From Candidatus Jordarchaeia archaeon (lineage in GTDB: Archaea > Asgardarchaeota > Jordiarchaeia > Jordiarchaeales > Jordiarchaeaceae), in contig JAHQXB010000165.1 in assembly GCA_029856435.1 (NCBI GenBank), positions 1 through 35,482 on the forward strand: a stretch of DNA of 35,482 nt, in the 5' to 3' direction. Below are positions 1-8,628 of the stretch, in pieces (positions within the stretch are counted from its first letter, which is position 1; each line of letters begins with the position of its first letter). The position numbers and the translations under genes were made by a program. The notes beneath the pieces are model-generated. The model made no database searches. It saw only the letters and a program-made list of their open reading frames with translations, and was not told the origin of the DNA.

Positions 1-503
1 TGACCACCGTGTTCTCCACAACCTCTCGGGGAATGTTCGGCCCCTTTGGGCTTCCTGTTGTAATATATCTTTGCCACACGCTTGCCTGAGGCTTGGAGGG
101 CTGCATCGTAGTGGGGGAGGCTGCCGCTTACCACGATCCTGGTTTCGGGGTTCTTGGCTAGTGCATCTTCGACTAGGTTCTTAGCCGTCAGGTCGTTTCT
201 AACCCAGCTGAACGCCCGGTTCACCTCTATACGCGTCTCCGGGTTCTGGATGCTCCAGTAGTATCCCCACACTCCGTTGAGTTTTACTTGCTCGTCGACT
301 ATCAGGACCGATGAGAGGTGGGGGTTGAAGACTGTTAATAGGTCGGGGGTTCTCTCGGCGAGCTTCTGGTATTGGGGGGTGTTGAGTTTCTTCACCACGT
401 TCCAGCTTTTCCCCATCTCCTCATTTTGGGGCGTGATTTCGATTTCGTGTGTTTGGGTTGAGACAGGTCTCAGGTCTCTTTTTGGTGGTGCATAACTTGT
501 CAT
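1..503 (-). mobile_element. IS6-family-like DDE transposase, degenerate, running off the left edge
   Basis: Manual translation from ATG 503 is open to the edge: ...LIVDEQVKLNGVWGYYWSIQNPETR...RNDLTAKNLVEDALAKNPETRIVVSGSLPHYDAAL. This resembles the IS6 pattern DExxvKxNGxWxYxW...R...A...IvTDg..Y..A, but the TDG Asp is replaced (SGS). Absent from the ORF track, presumably because it has no stop in the window. Confidence 0.6.
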
Positions 504-759
504 TCATAACACCGTCACCCCTATAATCTCCAACGAAAATATTCTTTTTGGAGCACCGTCACTCGCTAACCGAAGTTGTCAATGATGTATTGATGCAACA
601 GAAAAACTTAAATTACCGAAAAATAAACACATCCTAGAAAGTAGCAATCTACTACAAGTTTCATTCCAGAAGGGGATAAAATCATTGTAAAAACTATCTT
701 TAAATCCACTACCAATCCCTAACTTTCTCTCTAATATAGTCAGTGTAAAAGTTAACGGT

Positions 760-1590
760 GTGAGTATAATGAGCCCAGTAGAAAAAGAAAAGGTATTAGA
801 CTTCATGCAAAAAATTGGTTTCACTGATTACGAGGCTAGAGTTTACATAACACTAGTAACTGAAGGCTCTCTAAACCCAACACAATTATCAAACCTCTCA
901 GGAGTGCCCCGACCAAACGTCTATGCAGTTCTAAAGAAATTAATAAGAAAAGGATACGCAGAAAGAGAAGCTGTAAAACGCGCCCCGCTTTACTCCGCAG
1001 TCCCTCCCGATATAGTTCTCGCAGATGTGGAAAAAGACCTGAAAAATAAAGAACAATATGCTCAGAACCTTAAGAAATGGTTCCAAGAAGGGCAAGTCGT
1101 AGCACCAGGAAGAGTACCTACTGCTTGGTTAATAGATGGAGAAAAGAGAATAAACGAAATAATAGAAGATATACTGCAACACGCGAAAAACAGTATACAC
1201 TCTATAATAACTCCTACATTCACGAAATCAGACAAGGAGCAGGACAGAATATTTAAAATACTGGAAGAAAAAGTCCAACAAAAAGTAGAAGTCATCGCGG
1301 GATGGAAAATTGACAAAAACACCCTAGAAATAGCCCAAAAACTAAGCCAAAACGGAACTATATATCACTGGACTCTCGGAGAAATCCCCATAGGAACATA
1401 TATAGCAGACAGCAAAGACTGCCTAGTCACCTTCATAGGGAAGTGGGAACCACTCCTAGTTTACGACCTAGGAATATGGATCCGAAACCCCACATACGTA
1501 AGACCATTTGAATACTTAACGGAAAGACTGTTATCCCTCAACACACCCGCCAAAAAAAGAATAGAAGAACTAACAAGAAATCAAAAATAA
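760..1590 (+). CDS. TrmB-family transcriptional regulator
   Basis: N-terminal TrmB HTH (GFTDYEARVYITL...LSGVPRPNVYAVLKKLIRKG) followed by an effector-binding-like C-terminal domain. Confidence 0.85.
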   Translation: MSIMSPVEKEKVLDFMQKIGFTDYEARVYITLVTEGSLNPTQLSNLSGVPRPNVYAVLKKLIRKGYAEREAVKRAPLYSAVPPDIVLADVEKDLKNKEQYAQNLKKWFQEGQVVAPGRVPTAWLIDGEKRINEIIEDILQHAKNSIHSIITPTFTKSDKEQDRIFKILEEKVQQKVEVIAGWKIDKNTLEIAQKLSQNGTIYHWTLGEIPIGTYIADSKDCLVTFIGKWEPLLVYDLGIWIRNPTYVRPFEYLTERLLSLNTPAKKRIEELTRNQK

Positions 1591-1699
1591 AACCCTTAAA
1601 AAATACCAAAACTTGGAAAAATTATTAAAAGTTTAACGATAAATAACATTACAATGAAAAATAAAATTCCTAAATAAAGAACAATTTGAGGAAGCGCCA

Positions 1700-2233
1700 A
1701 TGACTGAAGAATTCATGTACAAAGTGGTTCTGGTGGGCGATGCAAATGTGGGAAAAACCTCGATACTAATAAGATATACGGAAAGGCGATTCGTCGAAAG
1801 TTACATCCCCACACTGGGTACAGATTTTGCCGTAAAAGTTGTTGAACTCAAGGGTGACGATAATAAGCGGAAAGCCATCAAGTTGGCTTGCTGGGATTTG
1901 GGAGGACAGGAACAATATCGGACTTTACGTAGATTTTACTTGAGTGGCGCCCGCGGATGTTTCATTGTCTTCGATGTGACCAATACAGCTTCCTTCGAAC
2001 ATATTGTTAATTGGCATAATGATGTTATGAGTATTTGTGGCAACATTCCCTGTTTTCTTATCGGGAATAAGACGGATTTAAAAAATGATAGACGGATTTC
2101 TAGGGCTGTGGGGGCTGAATTGGCCTCTAAGTTAGGTTTAGAATTTTTTGAGACGTCAGCTAAGACTGGAGAAAAAGTTGATGATGTTTTTGAGCTAATG
2201 GCGAAAAGGTTGTATGAGAAGTACATGCTATAA
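1700..2233 (+). CDS. Rab-like small GTPase (eukaryotic signature protein)
   Basis: G1 GDANVGKT, G2 YIPTLG, G3 WDLGGQE, G4 NKTD, G5 ETSAK; RabF-like motifs LGTDF, KLACW, FYLSGA, IVFDVT. Confidence 0.92.
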   Translation: MTEEFMYKVVLVGDANVGKTSILIRYTERRFVESYIPTLGTDFAVKVVELKGDDNKRKAIKLACWDLGGQEQYRTLRRFYLSGARGCFIVFDVTNTASFEHIVNWHNDVMSICGNIPCFLIGNKTDLKNDRRISRAVGAELASKLGLEFFETSAKTGEKVDDVFELMAKRLYEKYML

Positions 2234-2284
2234 TTAGATTCCTCGCTTCGGTTCCTGTTTTTAGGTCAGGGCTTTTGGTTTCTA

Positions 2285-4738
2285 TTAGATTTTGAGTTGG
2301 ATTTCTTTTCCTTCAACTTGATAGGTCCTTACATTTTTTAGTTTGGGTTGATCCATGAATGTGATTTGTTTTATGTTGTGCATTTGCTTTAGGTCTTGTG
2401 CGAATGGCTCTAGTTCTTTTGGTAGATTCGCATATTCTATGGGTTGTTTTAGAGATATGTTGGCGTCTTTCTTGGCTTTCCAAATTGCGGAGTTCGTTTT
2501 CATTATTATAGACGTCGGGTCTTCGGTTAGTATTAGTCTAGGGTCGGCTTCTGGAAATTTTTGTATGTGTATGCTTTCTTTGCTGTAGATGCTTCTCCAT
2601 ATGTGATCTGTTACGAAGGGCGTAATTGGTGCAAGTAATTTCAGTATAGTTTTGAGGCACTGATGTAACGTCCATTCTGCGTTTTTTTGCTCTATTTCTG
2701 TAAAGTCGTGATTTCGGTTATAAGCCCTAGTTTTAACCATCTCTATTATATGACTTGCAAAAATGTTCCAGACATAATTATATATTTCTTCGGCTCCAAT
2801 ATGAAAGTCGAATGTTTCATAGCTTTCATTTACCCTTTGGATTAATTTGTTTAGTTCTGAGATTATCCATTTGTCTGTAGCTGAGAGTTTTATTTCGTCT
2901 TCTTTAGGCTCTGGGAATGTGGATATAAATCTAGCTATGTTGTACAGTTTGTTTATGAATCTGCTGATTCCGCCTAGACGTTTCTCATCAAATCTGATAT
3001 CGGAGCCTAATGTGCTTGCCATCGCCCCATATAGTCTTAATGCATCTGCGCCATACTTTTCGATGAGTGGTTCTGGATAGATCACATTTCCGAGGCTTTT
3101 TGATAGTTTTCTTCCTTCAGCGTCTACTACATGGCCACTTATCCATACGTGTTTAAAAGCGGGTTTTTTATAGAGTTGATATATTCGGAGTAGCGAGTAA
3201 CTGAGCCATGTCCCTATTATGTCTCTTCCCTGAGGTCGGAGGTCTGATACATACTCCCTTTTGATTTCTCTTTCGAAGAACTCAGCATCATTTGATGCGT
3301 GGGGATATTTTAATATATATAGAGGACTGATTGAGGAGTCCATCCAAGTGTCTAGTGTGCGTTCATCTCCTACGAATCCCTCTGTTGAGCCACACTTCTT
3401 ACATTTATCGAACGGCGCTTTTTCTCTCCATGGCTGATAGTATTTTCCGGGTTTTGGTAAGTGTGGCTCTCCACATAATTTACAGTACCATACGGGTATT
3501 TCTGTTCCATAGTATCTCCGACGAGATATGGGCCAGTCCATAGTGATTGAGTTCAGCCAATCAAGCCAAAGCTTCTTTGCAGTAGGCGGATGCCAGATGA
3601 TATCTTCGGTTATCTCCTTTAATGGTTCAATGAAGTCCACCTGTTTAAGATAATACTCTTTCATACCCACAAATTCTATAGGCGTTTTACTTCTCCAGCA
3701 TATCGGTTGGCTTTGCATGATTTTTTCTTCCTTCACTAATAACCCTTGTCTTTTCAAATCATTAATGATAGCCTTCCTTGCCTCTTCAACCTTCATGCCC
3801 CTGTATTTACCGGCTGCTTCAGTCATATAGCCATCTTTATCAATAGAAAATGTTGGCTTAAGGTTTAATTCTCTAAAATGTCTTAAATCGGTAATATCTC
3901 CATAAGAGCAAACCATGAGCGCCCCCGTACCAAATTCTGGTTTGGCTGAGGGATGCGGAATAATGCGTACCTCCTTATTGTAGAGGGGCGTAATTGCTGT
4001 TTTTCCATGTAACTGTTTATATCTTTCATCCTCGGGATTAACTAGAACTGCATCACAGGCACATATTAGTTCAGGTCTAGTGGTGGCTATAGGTAGATTT
4101 TCTCCGCTTTCCTTAACTTTAAAGTTGATTGTGACAAGTGTAGTAACCTGCTCTCTACGTTCTACTTCGGCATCAGCTATGACTGTTTGACAATCTGTAC
4201 ACCAGCTATTTGGCCGATCATCCTCATAGATTAGTCCTTCGTTCCACAGTTGAATAAACGTTTCCTGCGTTAGAGCTCTGTAAGTTTCATGATCCGTTTT
4301 GTAGATTTCTTCCCACTTCCAAGAATTATTGGAAAAACCAAGTTTTTTGCAAATATTCAGTATCGAGTCTCCAACCGTATCAAGGTACTGCTTACACTTG
4401 GCGATGAATTCCTCTCGTGGAGTCTCCCTCATCTTAATCCCAAACTCTTTCTCCACACTGACTTCGACAGGTAATCCATTACGATCCAAGCCAAACTTAT
4501 AGTGAACTTCGTACCCTTTCATCCTTATGAAACGTGCAATGTAATCAATCGCAGCGTAGTGAATAGCACCGCCGACATGCCATCTTCCGGAAACATATGG
4601 GGGAGGGTTATCAATAATGAAAATGGGTTTACCGCTGTTCATGTTAAACTTGTAGATTTCTTCCTTCTGCCAAAGTTCCCAAATTTCTGATTCCTTACTT
4701 AGTTCCCATCTTTTACTCCTAAGCTTAGGTTCGTTCAC
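2285..4738 (-). CDS. valS: Valyl-tRNA synthetase
   Basis: IDNPPPYVSGRWHVGG (HIGH), DWPISRRRYYGTEIP, DTWMDS, KLSKS (KMSKS), YGADALR; GTG start. Confidence 0.93.
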   Translation of the reverse strand: MNEPKLRSKRWELSKESEIWELWQKEEIYKFNMNSGKPIFIIDNPPPYVSGRWHVGGAIHYAAIDYIARFIRMKGYEVHYKFGLDRNGLPVEVSVEKEFGIKMRETPREEFIAKCKQYLDTVGDSILNICKKLGFSNNSWKWEEIYKTDHETYRALTQETFIQLWNEGLIYEDDRPNSWCTDCQTVIADAEVERREQVTTLVTINFKVKESGENLPIATTRPELICACDAVLVNPEDERYKQLHGKTAITPLYNKEVRIIPHPSAKPEFGTGALMVCSYGDITDLRHFRELNLKPTFSIDKDGYMTEAAGKYRGMKVEEARKAIINDLKRQGLLVKEEKIMQSQPICWRSKTPIEFVGMKEYYLKQVDFIEPLKEITEDIIWHPPTAKKLWLDWLNSITMDWPISRRRYYGTEIPVWYCKLCGEPHLPKPGKYYQPWREKAPFDKCKKCGSTEGFVGDERTLDTWMDSSISPLYILKYPHASNDAEFFEREIKREYVSDLRPQGRDIIGTWLSYSLLRIYQLYKKPAFKHVWISGHVVDAEGRKLSKSLGNVIYPEPLIEKYGADALRLYGAMASTLGSDIRFDEKRLGGISRFINKLYNIARFISTFPEPKEDEIKLSATDKWIISELNKLIQRVNESYETFDFHIGAEEIYNYVWNIFASHIIEMVKTRAYNRNHDFTEIEQKNAEWTLHQCLKTILKLLAPITPFVTDHIWRSIYSKESIHIQKFPEADPRLILTEDPTSIIMKTNSAIWKAKKDANISLKQPIEYANLPKELEPFAQDLKQMHNIKQITFMDQPKLKNVRTYQVEGKEIQLKI

Positions 4739-4934
4739 TTCAAAGCCCTTCTACAAAACTGTAAAACCAAATCGATTAAGGTGTCACAGGTTTTCACAAC
4801 CAAAAACCTGTTGTTCCCTCAACCTATATGCAAAAATGCTTTAAATAGTTTAGGGATGAACTATTTGAACTAGAAAAGCTAAAATATCCAAAAATCTAAA
4901 AAACTACTGCAGAAGAAAAAAAGATAACAAAAAA

Positions 4935-5035
4935 GGGCACTTAGCTCAGTGGAAGATCCCGCCAAACAAGCGGTATCCAAGAGCGCCTGGTTCGCATCCA
5001 GGAGGCCGCGAGTTCAAATCTCGCAGTGTCCACCA
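4935..5035 (+). tRNA. tRNA-Ala(CGC) with one 26-nt intron at 22/23 (4956-4981)
   Basis: Acceptor GGGCACT/AGTGTCC with G3:U70 Ala determinant; anticodon arm CCTGG-TTCGCAT-CCAGG; T arm GCGAG-TTCAAAT-CTCGC; CCA encoded. Central helix TGGA/TCCA with AG|A bulges; removal gives a 75-nt cloverleaf. Confidence 0.92.
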
Positions 5036-5483
5036 CCTCTCTTCTAAATTAAACCTACATAAGCCCAGCATTCTACTTAGGCTAACATCTCTTCTGCATT
5101 TTACATAAATATATCCGCAATTTGAAAAGAATCTCAAGATAAATTAGTGAGCTGGCTTAAATTGCAAATCTTACAAAATATGACCCCAAACCTGCATAAG
5201 GGGAAGGCAGTATTCTTATCTTTATCTATTTGAAAATTCTGTATCGCGGCCTCTTTATTCATAAGGCTTTTTTAATGTTGATCTACAATTTTAGGATGAA
5301 TGATAATTGAGATTTTAGTCTCCAATCTCTCCTCCCTACTCGTTCATAGAGTGAAGAATAACAAAGAAACCTAGGATCCAAGTAACACATAAAATATTGA
5401 AATAATAACATCACAAAAACCACTATTTTTCTCTGATATTAAGCCTCTCTGTCCTATCACTAAGACAAGTGAACTAATATTAT

Positions 5484-5608
5484 TGGTGGACCCAGCGAGA
5501 TTTGAACTCGCGGCCTCCGCGATTTTGGGATAGCTTGCCTTCGCTCTCATACCCTTGTTAGTAGGGTATGGGTAACGCGGCGCTCATACCAGGCTGAGCT
5601 ATGGGCCC
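5484..5608 (-). tRNA. tRNA-Ala(GGC) with two introns: 33/34 (5540-5573, 34 nt) and 37/38 (5523-5535, 13 nt)
   Basis: Acceptor GGGCCCA/TGGGTCC with G3:U70; anticodon stem CCGCG/CGCGG; removing both introns gives loop TT-GGC-AT and a 78-nt tRNA with CCA. Confidence 0.85.
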
Positions 5609-5666
5609 ACCCTCTAATTTTTTAATTGGCGCTCCTATTTTCCGCTATTAGAAACACTTTTTATCT

Positions 5667-5852
5667 TTATTTTAGTCTATTTCCTCTGATTTTTTTGTTT
5701 TGCCAGCTGTATCTTCTAAATCTTTTGGATCTTCCATAGCCGCAAGCTGCACAGTATTTTTTTGTGGCATGGTATGAGTGTTTTCCACATCTTCGGCATC
5801 TTATATGCGTTTTTGTGTCCCTTTTGCCTTTGCTTGGTGTTCCTTTAGTCAT
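5667..5852 (-). CDS. rpl37e: 50S ribosomal protein L37e
   Basis: [11 protein letters not shown]...[14 protein letters not shown]...CAACGYG zinc ribbon; downstream of Sm as in many archaea. Confidence 0.97.
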   Translation of the reverse strand: MTKGTPSKGKRDTKTHIRCRRCGKHSYHATKKYCAACGYGRSKRFRRYSWQNKKIRGNRLK

Positions 5853-5882
5853 TGCGATCCCTATTATAAGTTATTTTATGTT

Positions 5883-6128
5883 TTATTCTGTTTTTATTCC
5901 AGGACTAAGGAGGATTACGTTGTCTCCTCTCACTATTACGGTTCCTACCTTTTTATTGTTGTCTTTATCTATTACTTCTTCTGCTTCATCTAAAATGAGG
6001 TTCATGTGGAGGTCGAATCCTTTGAGTTTGCCTCTAAGTTCTCGTCCTCCTTTGAGTTTAACGAGTACTCTAGCTTCGAGTGATCTGTTAAGTAGGTCAA
6101 GAGGTTTTGTTATACTTGATTCGCTCAT
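5883..6128 (-). CDS. Sm-like archaeal protein (Lsm/SmAP)
   Basis: Sm1 GKLKGFDLHMNLIL and Sm2 VIVRGDNV motifs. Confidence 0.95.
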   Translation of the reverse strand: MSESSITKPLDLLNRSLEARVLVKLKGGRELRGKLKGFDLHMNLILDEAEEVIDKDNNKKVGTVIVRGDNVILLSPGIKTE

Positions 6129-6468
6129 TACGTTTTTCTCTCCTTTAAAAAATATGTTGTGTATTTTCTGTTGGAATTAGGTTAATATTTAAGTATATCG
6201 GATTACAATCGTCATATCCAAATATGTTTCAATCTTGTTATTCGGATATTATATTCTTTTTGAGTCCAATTTTATAAACACTTGGACTAATATAATACCC
6301 ATGATAATATGCTTTTTGGGGGGGTTAATATCATTTTCCGCAACTTTGAAATATTTAGAGCTTATTATTTTAAGTAAATCATAGTATTTTAGAGAATTTC
6401 ATGTGAAAATAGTAAGTTTGTAATAAGGAGGAGAAAAAGTTTTTAATGTATATGTTGAGGCGGTATTC

Positions 6469-6948
6469 TTGAAATTGAAGAATCGTCACTTCCTACGCGA
6501 TAAAGAAATTAAAAAATTGGAAAAGGAGCTAAGAGAGCGCTTAGGAGAGAACTTTTCCATTCCCGAAAAGGTAGAGTACGGAGTATTGAAAGACGATCTT
6601 CATTTATATCTTGTAGATGGGGCTCCCTTCCTTATTCGCATGGTAGACCTACTTTTTCCCACCCTTAAAGCCATAATGAACGGAGCTATAAAACTCCCAA
6701 AAGTCACTGTAGATATGGGCGCTGTTGGCTTCATCACCAAAGGAGCTGACATCATGGTTCCCGGAATCGTTAAGGTCGACGACAACATAAAGCAATTCTC
6801 TCTAGTCGTGGTCACAGATGAAAAATATGATAAACCCCTAGCCGTAGGACTAGCACTTATGGACGCACAAACCATAAAAAGTTCCAGCAAAGGACCCGCA
6901 ATAAAGAATTTGCACCATGTTGGAGACAACATTTGGAATTTTGAATAA
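6469..6948 (+). CDS. PUA-domain RNA-binding protein (Tma20/MCT-1-like)
   Basis: VTVDMGAVGFITKGADIMVPGI...GPAIKNLHHVGDNIW; TTG start. Confidence 0.85.
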   Translation: MKLKNRHFLRDKEIKKLEKELRERLGENFSIPEKVEYGVLKDDLHLYLVDGAPFLIRMVDLLFPTLKAIMNGAIKLPKVTVDMGAVGFITKGADIMVPGIVKVDDNIKQFSLVVVTDEKYDKPLAVGLALMDAQTIKSSSKGPAIKNLHHVGDNIWNFE

Positions 6949-6985
6949 AATTTAAAAATAGATTTGAAAAACATTCCATAAGAGT

Positions 6986-7131
6986 GCTCCGGTGGTGTAG
7001 TCCGGTCAAACAAACCAAATGGACTAAGCATAAGGGGCTCAAGAAAAATCTGCCCAATCGATCCTTTGACCCGGGTTCAAATAACTAAGCTAACCTTTAA
7101 ACTTAGTTTGAGCGTCCCGGCCGGAGCACCA
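6986..7131 (+). tRNA. tRNA-Glu(CUC) with three introns: 21/22 (7010-7027, 18 nt), 34/35 (7041-7057, 17 nt), 59/60 (7082-7114, 33 nt)
   Basis: Acceptor GCTCCGG/CCGGAGC-A-CCA. Central helices GGTC/GACT, GGGC/GCCC and TTCA/TGAG each have 3-nt bulges. The spliced product is 78 nt with loop CT-CTC-GA. Confidence 0.9.
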
Positions 7132-7397
7132 TCACCCCAAAATAACTAAACGAATCTTTTATGCTGATTCCCGCTTAGTTATCCTTCGATTTTTTAACAT
7201 TAAAAATTGACACATTGGACACAGGTGATGTAGATTAGTCCTATTCTATCCCTCATTTCAAGGCTCTAAATCAGAAAAGAAGCCCTATGAAAGCTTCCTT
7301 CGAAGGCGGAATCGAACGAATCTACACCGCGTTGGACACACATAGTAAAGATTATTAATGCTTTGAACTCTTTAGTAAAACATGGAGCCTTCGGTGA

Positions 7398-7552
7398 GCC
7401 TCGGTTCCTCTGAAATAGAGGCGAGATAGCTCAGTGGCAGAGCGGCAGCCTCGTACAATCACACATTCAAAGTGCGGTCTGAGTAAGCTGAAGGTCGCGA
7501 GTTCGATAGAGCTTGCAATTTTGCTGCTCCAAAAACCTCGCCCGGGGCTCCA
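7398..7552 (+). tRNA. tRNA-Thr(CGU) with three introns: 8/9 (7406-7427, 22 nt), 37/38 (7456-7485, 30 nt), 59/60 (7508-7535, 28 nt)
   Basis: Acceptor GCCTCGG/CCGGGGC, U73, CCA; anticodon CT-CGT-A|A. The 8/9 motif is a perfect hBHBh' (CTCG/CGAG, inner CCTCT/AGAGG). Spliced length 75 nt. Confidence 0.88.
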
Positions 7553-7585
7553 GTTTCCTTTTTACCAGCTTTTTGGGTGGTTCTT

Positions 7586-8572
7586 ATGACTGTTGAAGAT
7601 GTGGGTGAGCGTGGATTAATTGAATTATTTCACACCTTAATAGATAGCTTTCCGCATGCGGTTTTGCCTTATGGTGATGATGCTGTAGGGATTCCTTTCG
7701 GAAACGATGTTCTGATAGTTAATACAGATATGCTTGTGGGTAAAACAGATGTTCCTCCCGGTATGACATATTGGCAGGTGGGGCGAAAAGCAGTTGTTAT
7801 GAATGTGAGCGATGTTGTTGCTAAGGGCGCCAAACCAATGGGTGGCGTTTTCTCCCTTGGTTTTCCGAGGGGGACAACTCGGGATGAAGCAACGGATTTG
7901 GTTAAGGGATTGAATGCGGGTTGCAGGGAGTATGGATTTTATTACTTGGGGGGTGATACCAATGAGTGCTCCGACCTTGTGGTTTCTGGAGCCGTTTTTG
8001 GAATAGTTGGACGAAATAAAGTCGTTTCGCGGAGTGGAGCGCAACCCGGAGACGTAGTAGCTGTTACTGGACATTTCGGCTTAACCACTATGGGGTTCAA
8101 AATACTGTTCGAAAAATTGAGCGCTGATCCAAAGACTAAAGAGTTAGGTTTGCGCGCCATTTATGAACCCCATGCCCGTTTGAAGGAAGGGATAGTTCTA
8201 TCTGAGCGGGGCTTTGTGTCTTCCAGCATTGACAGTAGTGATGGTCTAGCTTGGTCGCTTTACGAGATTTCACAAATGAGTAGCGTAGGGTTTATTATTG
8301 ATTCAATACCTGTCCCCAAAGAGGTGCAAATGTTTGCAAATGAACACGGACTCAACTACTTTGATCTCGCACTATATGGTGGCGAAGAATTCGAACTCAT
8401 AGTCACAATTCCTTCCGTGAAATGGAATAAAGCCGTGGATGCAGTAAAGGTCGTTGGAGGCAATTTGTATCCCATAGGAATTGTAACTGAAGAAAAAAAT
8501 ATGGTACTACGTCTACCGAACCAAACTGAAAGGAGAATATATCCAAAGGGATTCGAACACTTTAAAAGATGA
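7586..8572 (+). CDS. thiL: Thiamine-monophosphate kinase
   Basis: VGERGLIE, GDDAV, MNVSDVVAKGAKP, GGDTNE, SIDSSDGL, GGEEFEL; ATG 7586 preferred, GTG 7577 possible. Confidence 0.93.
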   Translation: MTVEDVGERGLIELFHTLIDSFPHAVLPYGDDAVGIPFGNDVLIVNTDMLVGKTDVPPGMTYWQVGRKAVVMNVSDVVAKGAKPMGGVFSLGFPRGTTRDEATDLVKGLNAGCREYGFYYLGGDTNECSDLVVSGAVFGIVGRNKVVSRSGAQPGDVVAVTGHFGLTTMGFKILFEKLSADPKTKELGLRAIYEPHARLKEGIVLSERGFVSSSIDSSDGLAWSLYEISQMSSVGFIIDSIPVPKEVQMFANEHGLNYFDLALYGGEEFELIVTIPSVKWNKAVDAVKVVGGNLYPIGIVTEEKNMVLRLPNQTERRIYPKGFEHFKR

Positions 8573-8628
8573 CCACAAAAATTTTAAACAATAATATGAA
8601 AAATAAACCACATATATAAAAGTATAGG

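Noticed and set aside
5560-5580. ACC (Gly) anticodon for the 5484-5608 tRNA with one long intron
   Set aside because: No BHB supports that register, ACC anticodons are not expected in archaea, and G3:U70 indicates Ala.
7190-7397. Short peptide MKASFEGGIERIYTALDTHSKDY and a near-tandem GAGCCTTCGGT/GAGCCTCGGT at the 5' end of tRNA-Thr, suggesting an IS or integration scar
   Set aside because: Too short and degenerate; could be chance, and no element ends or second att site were found.
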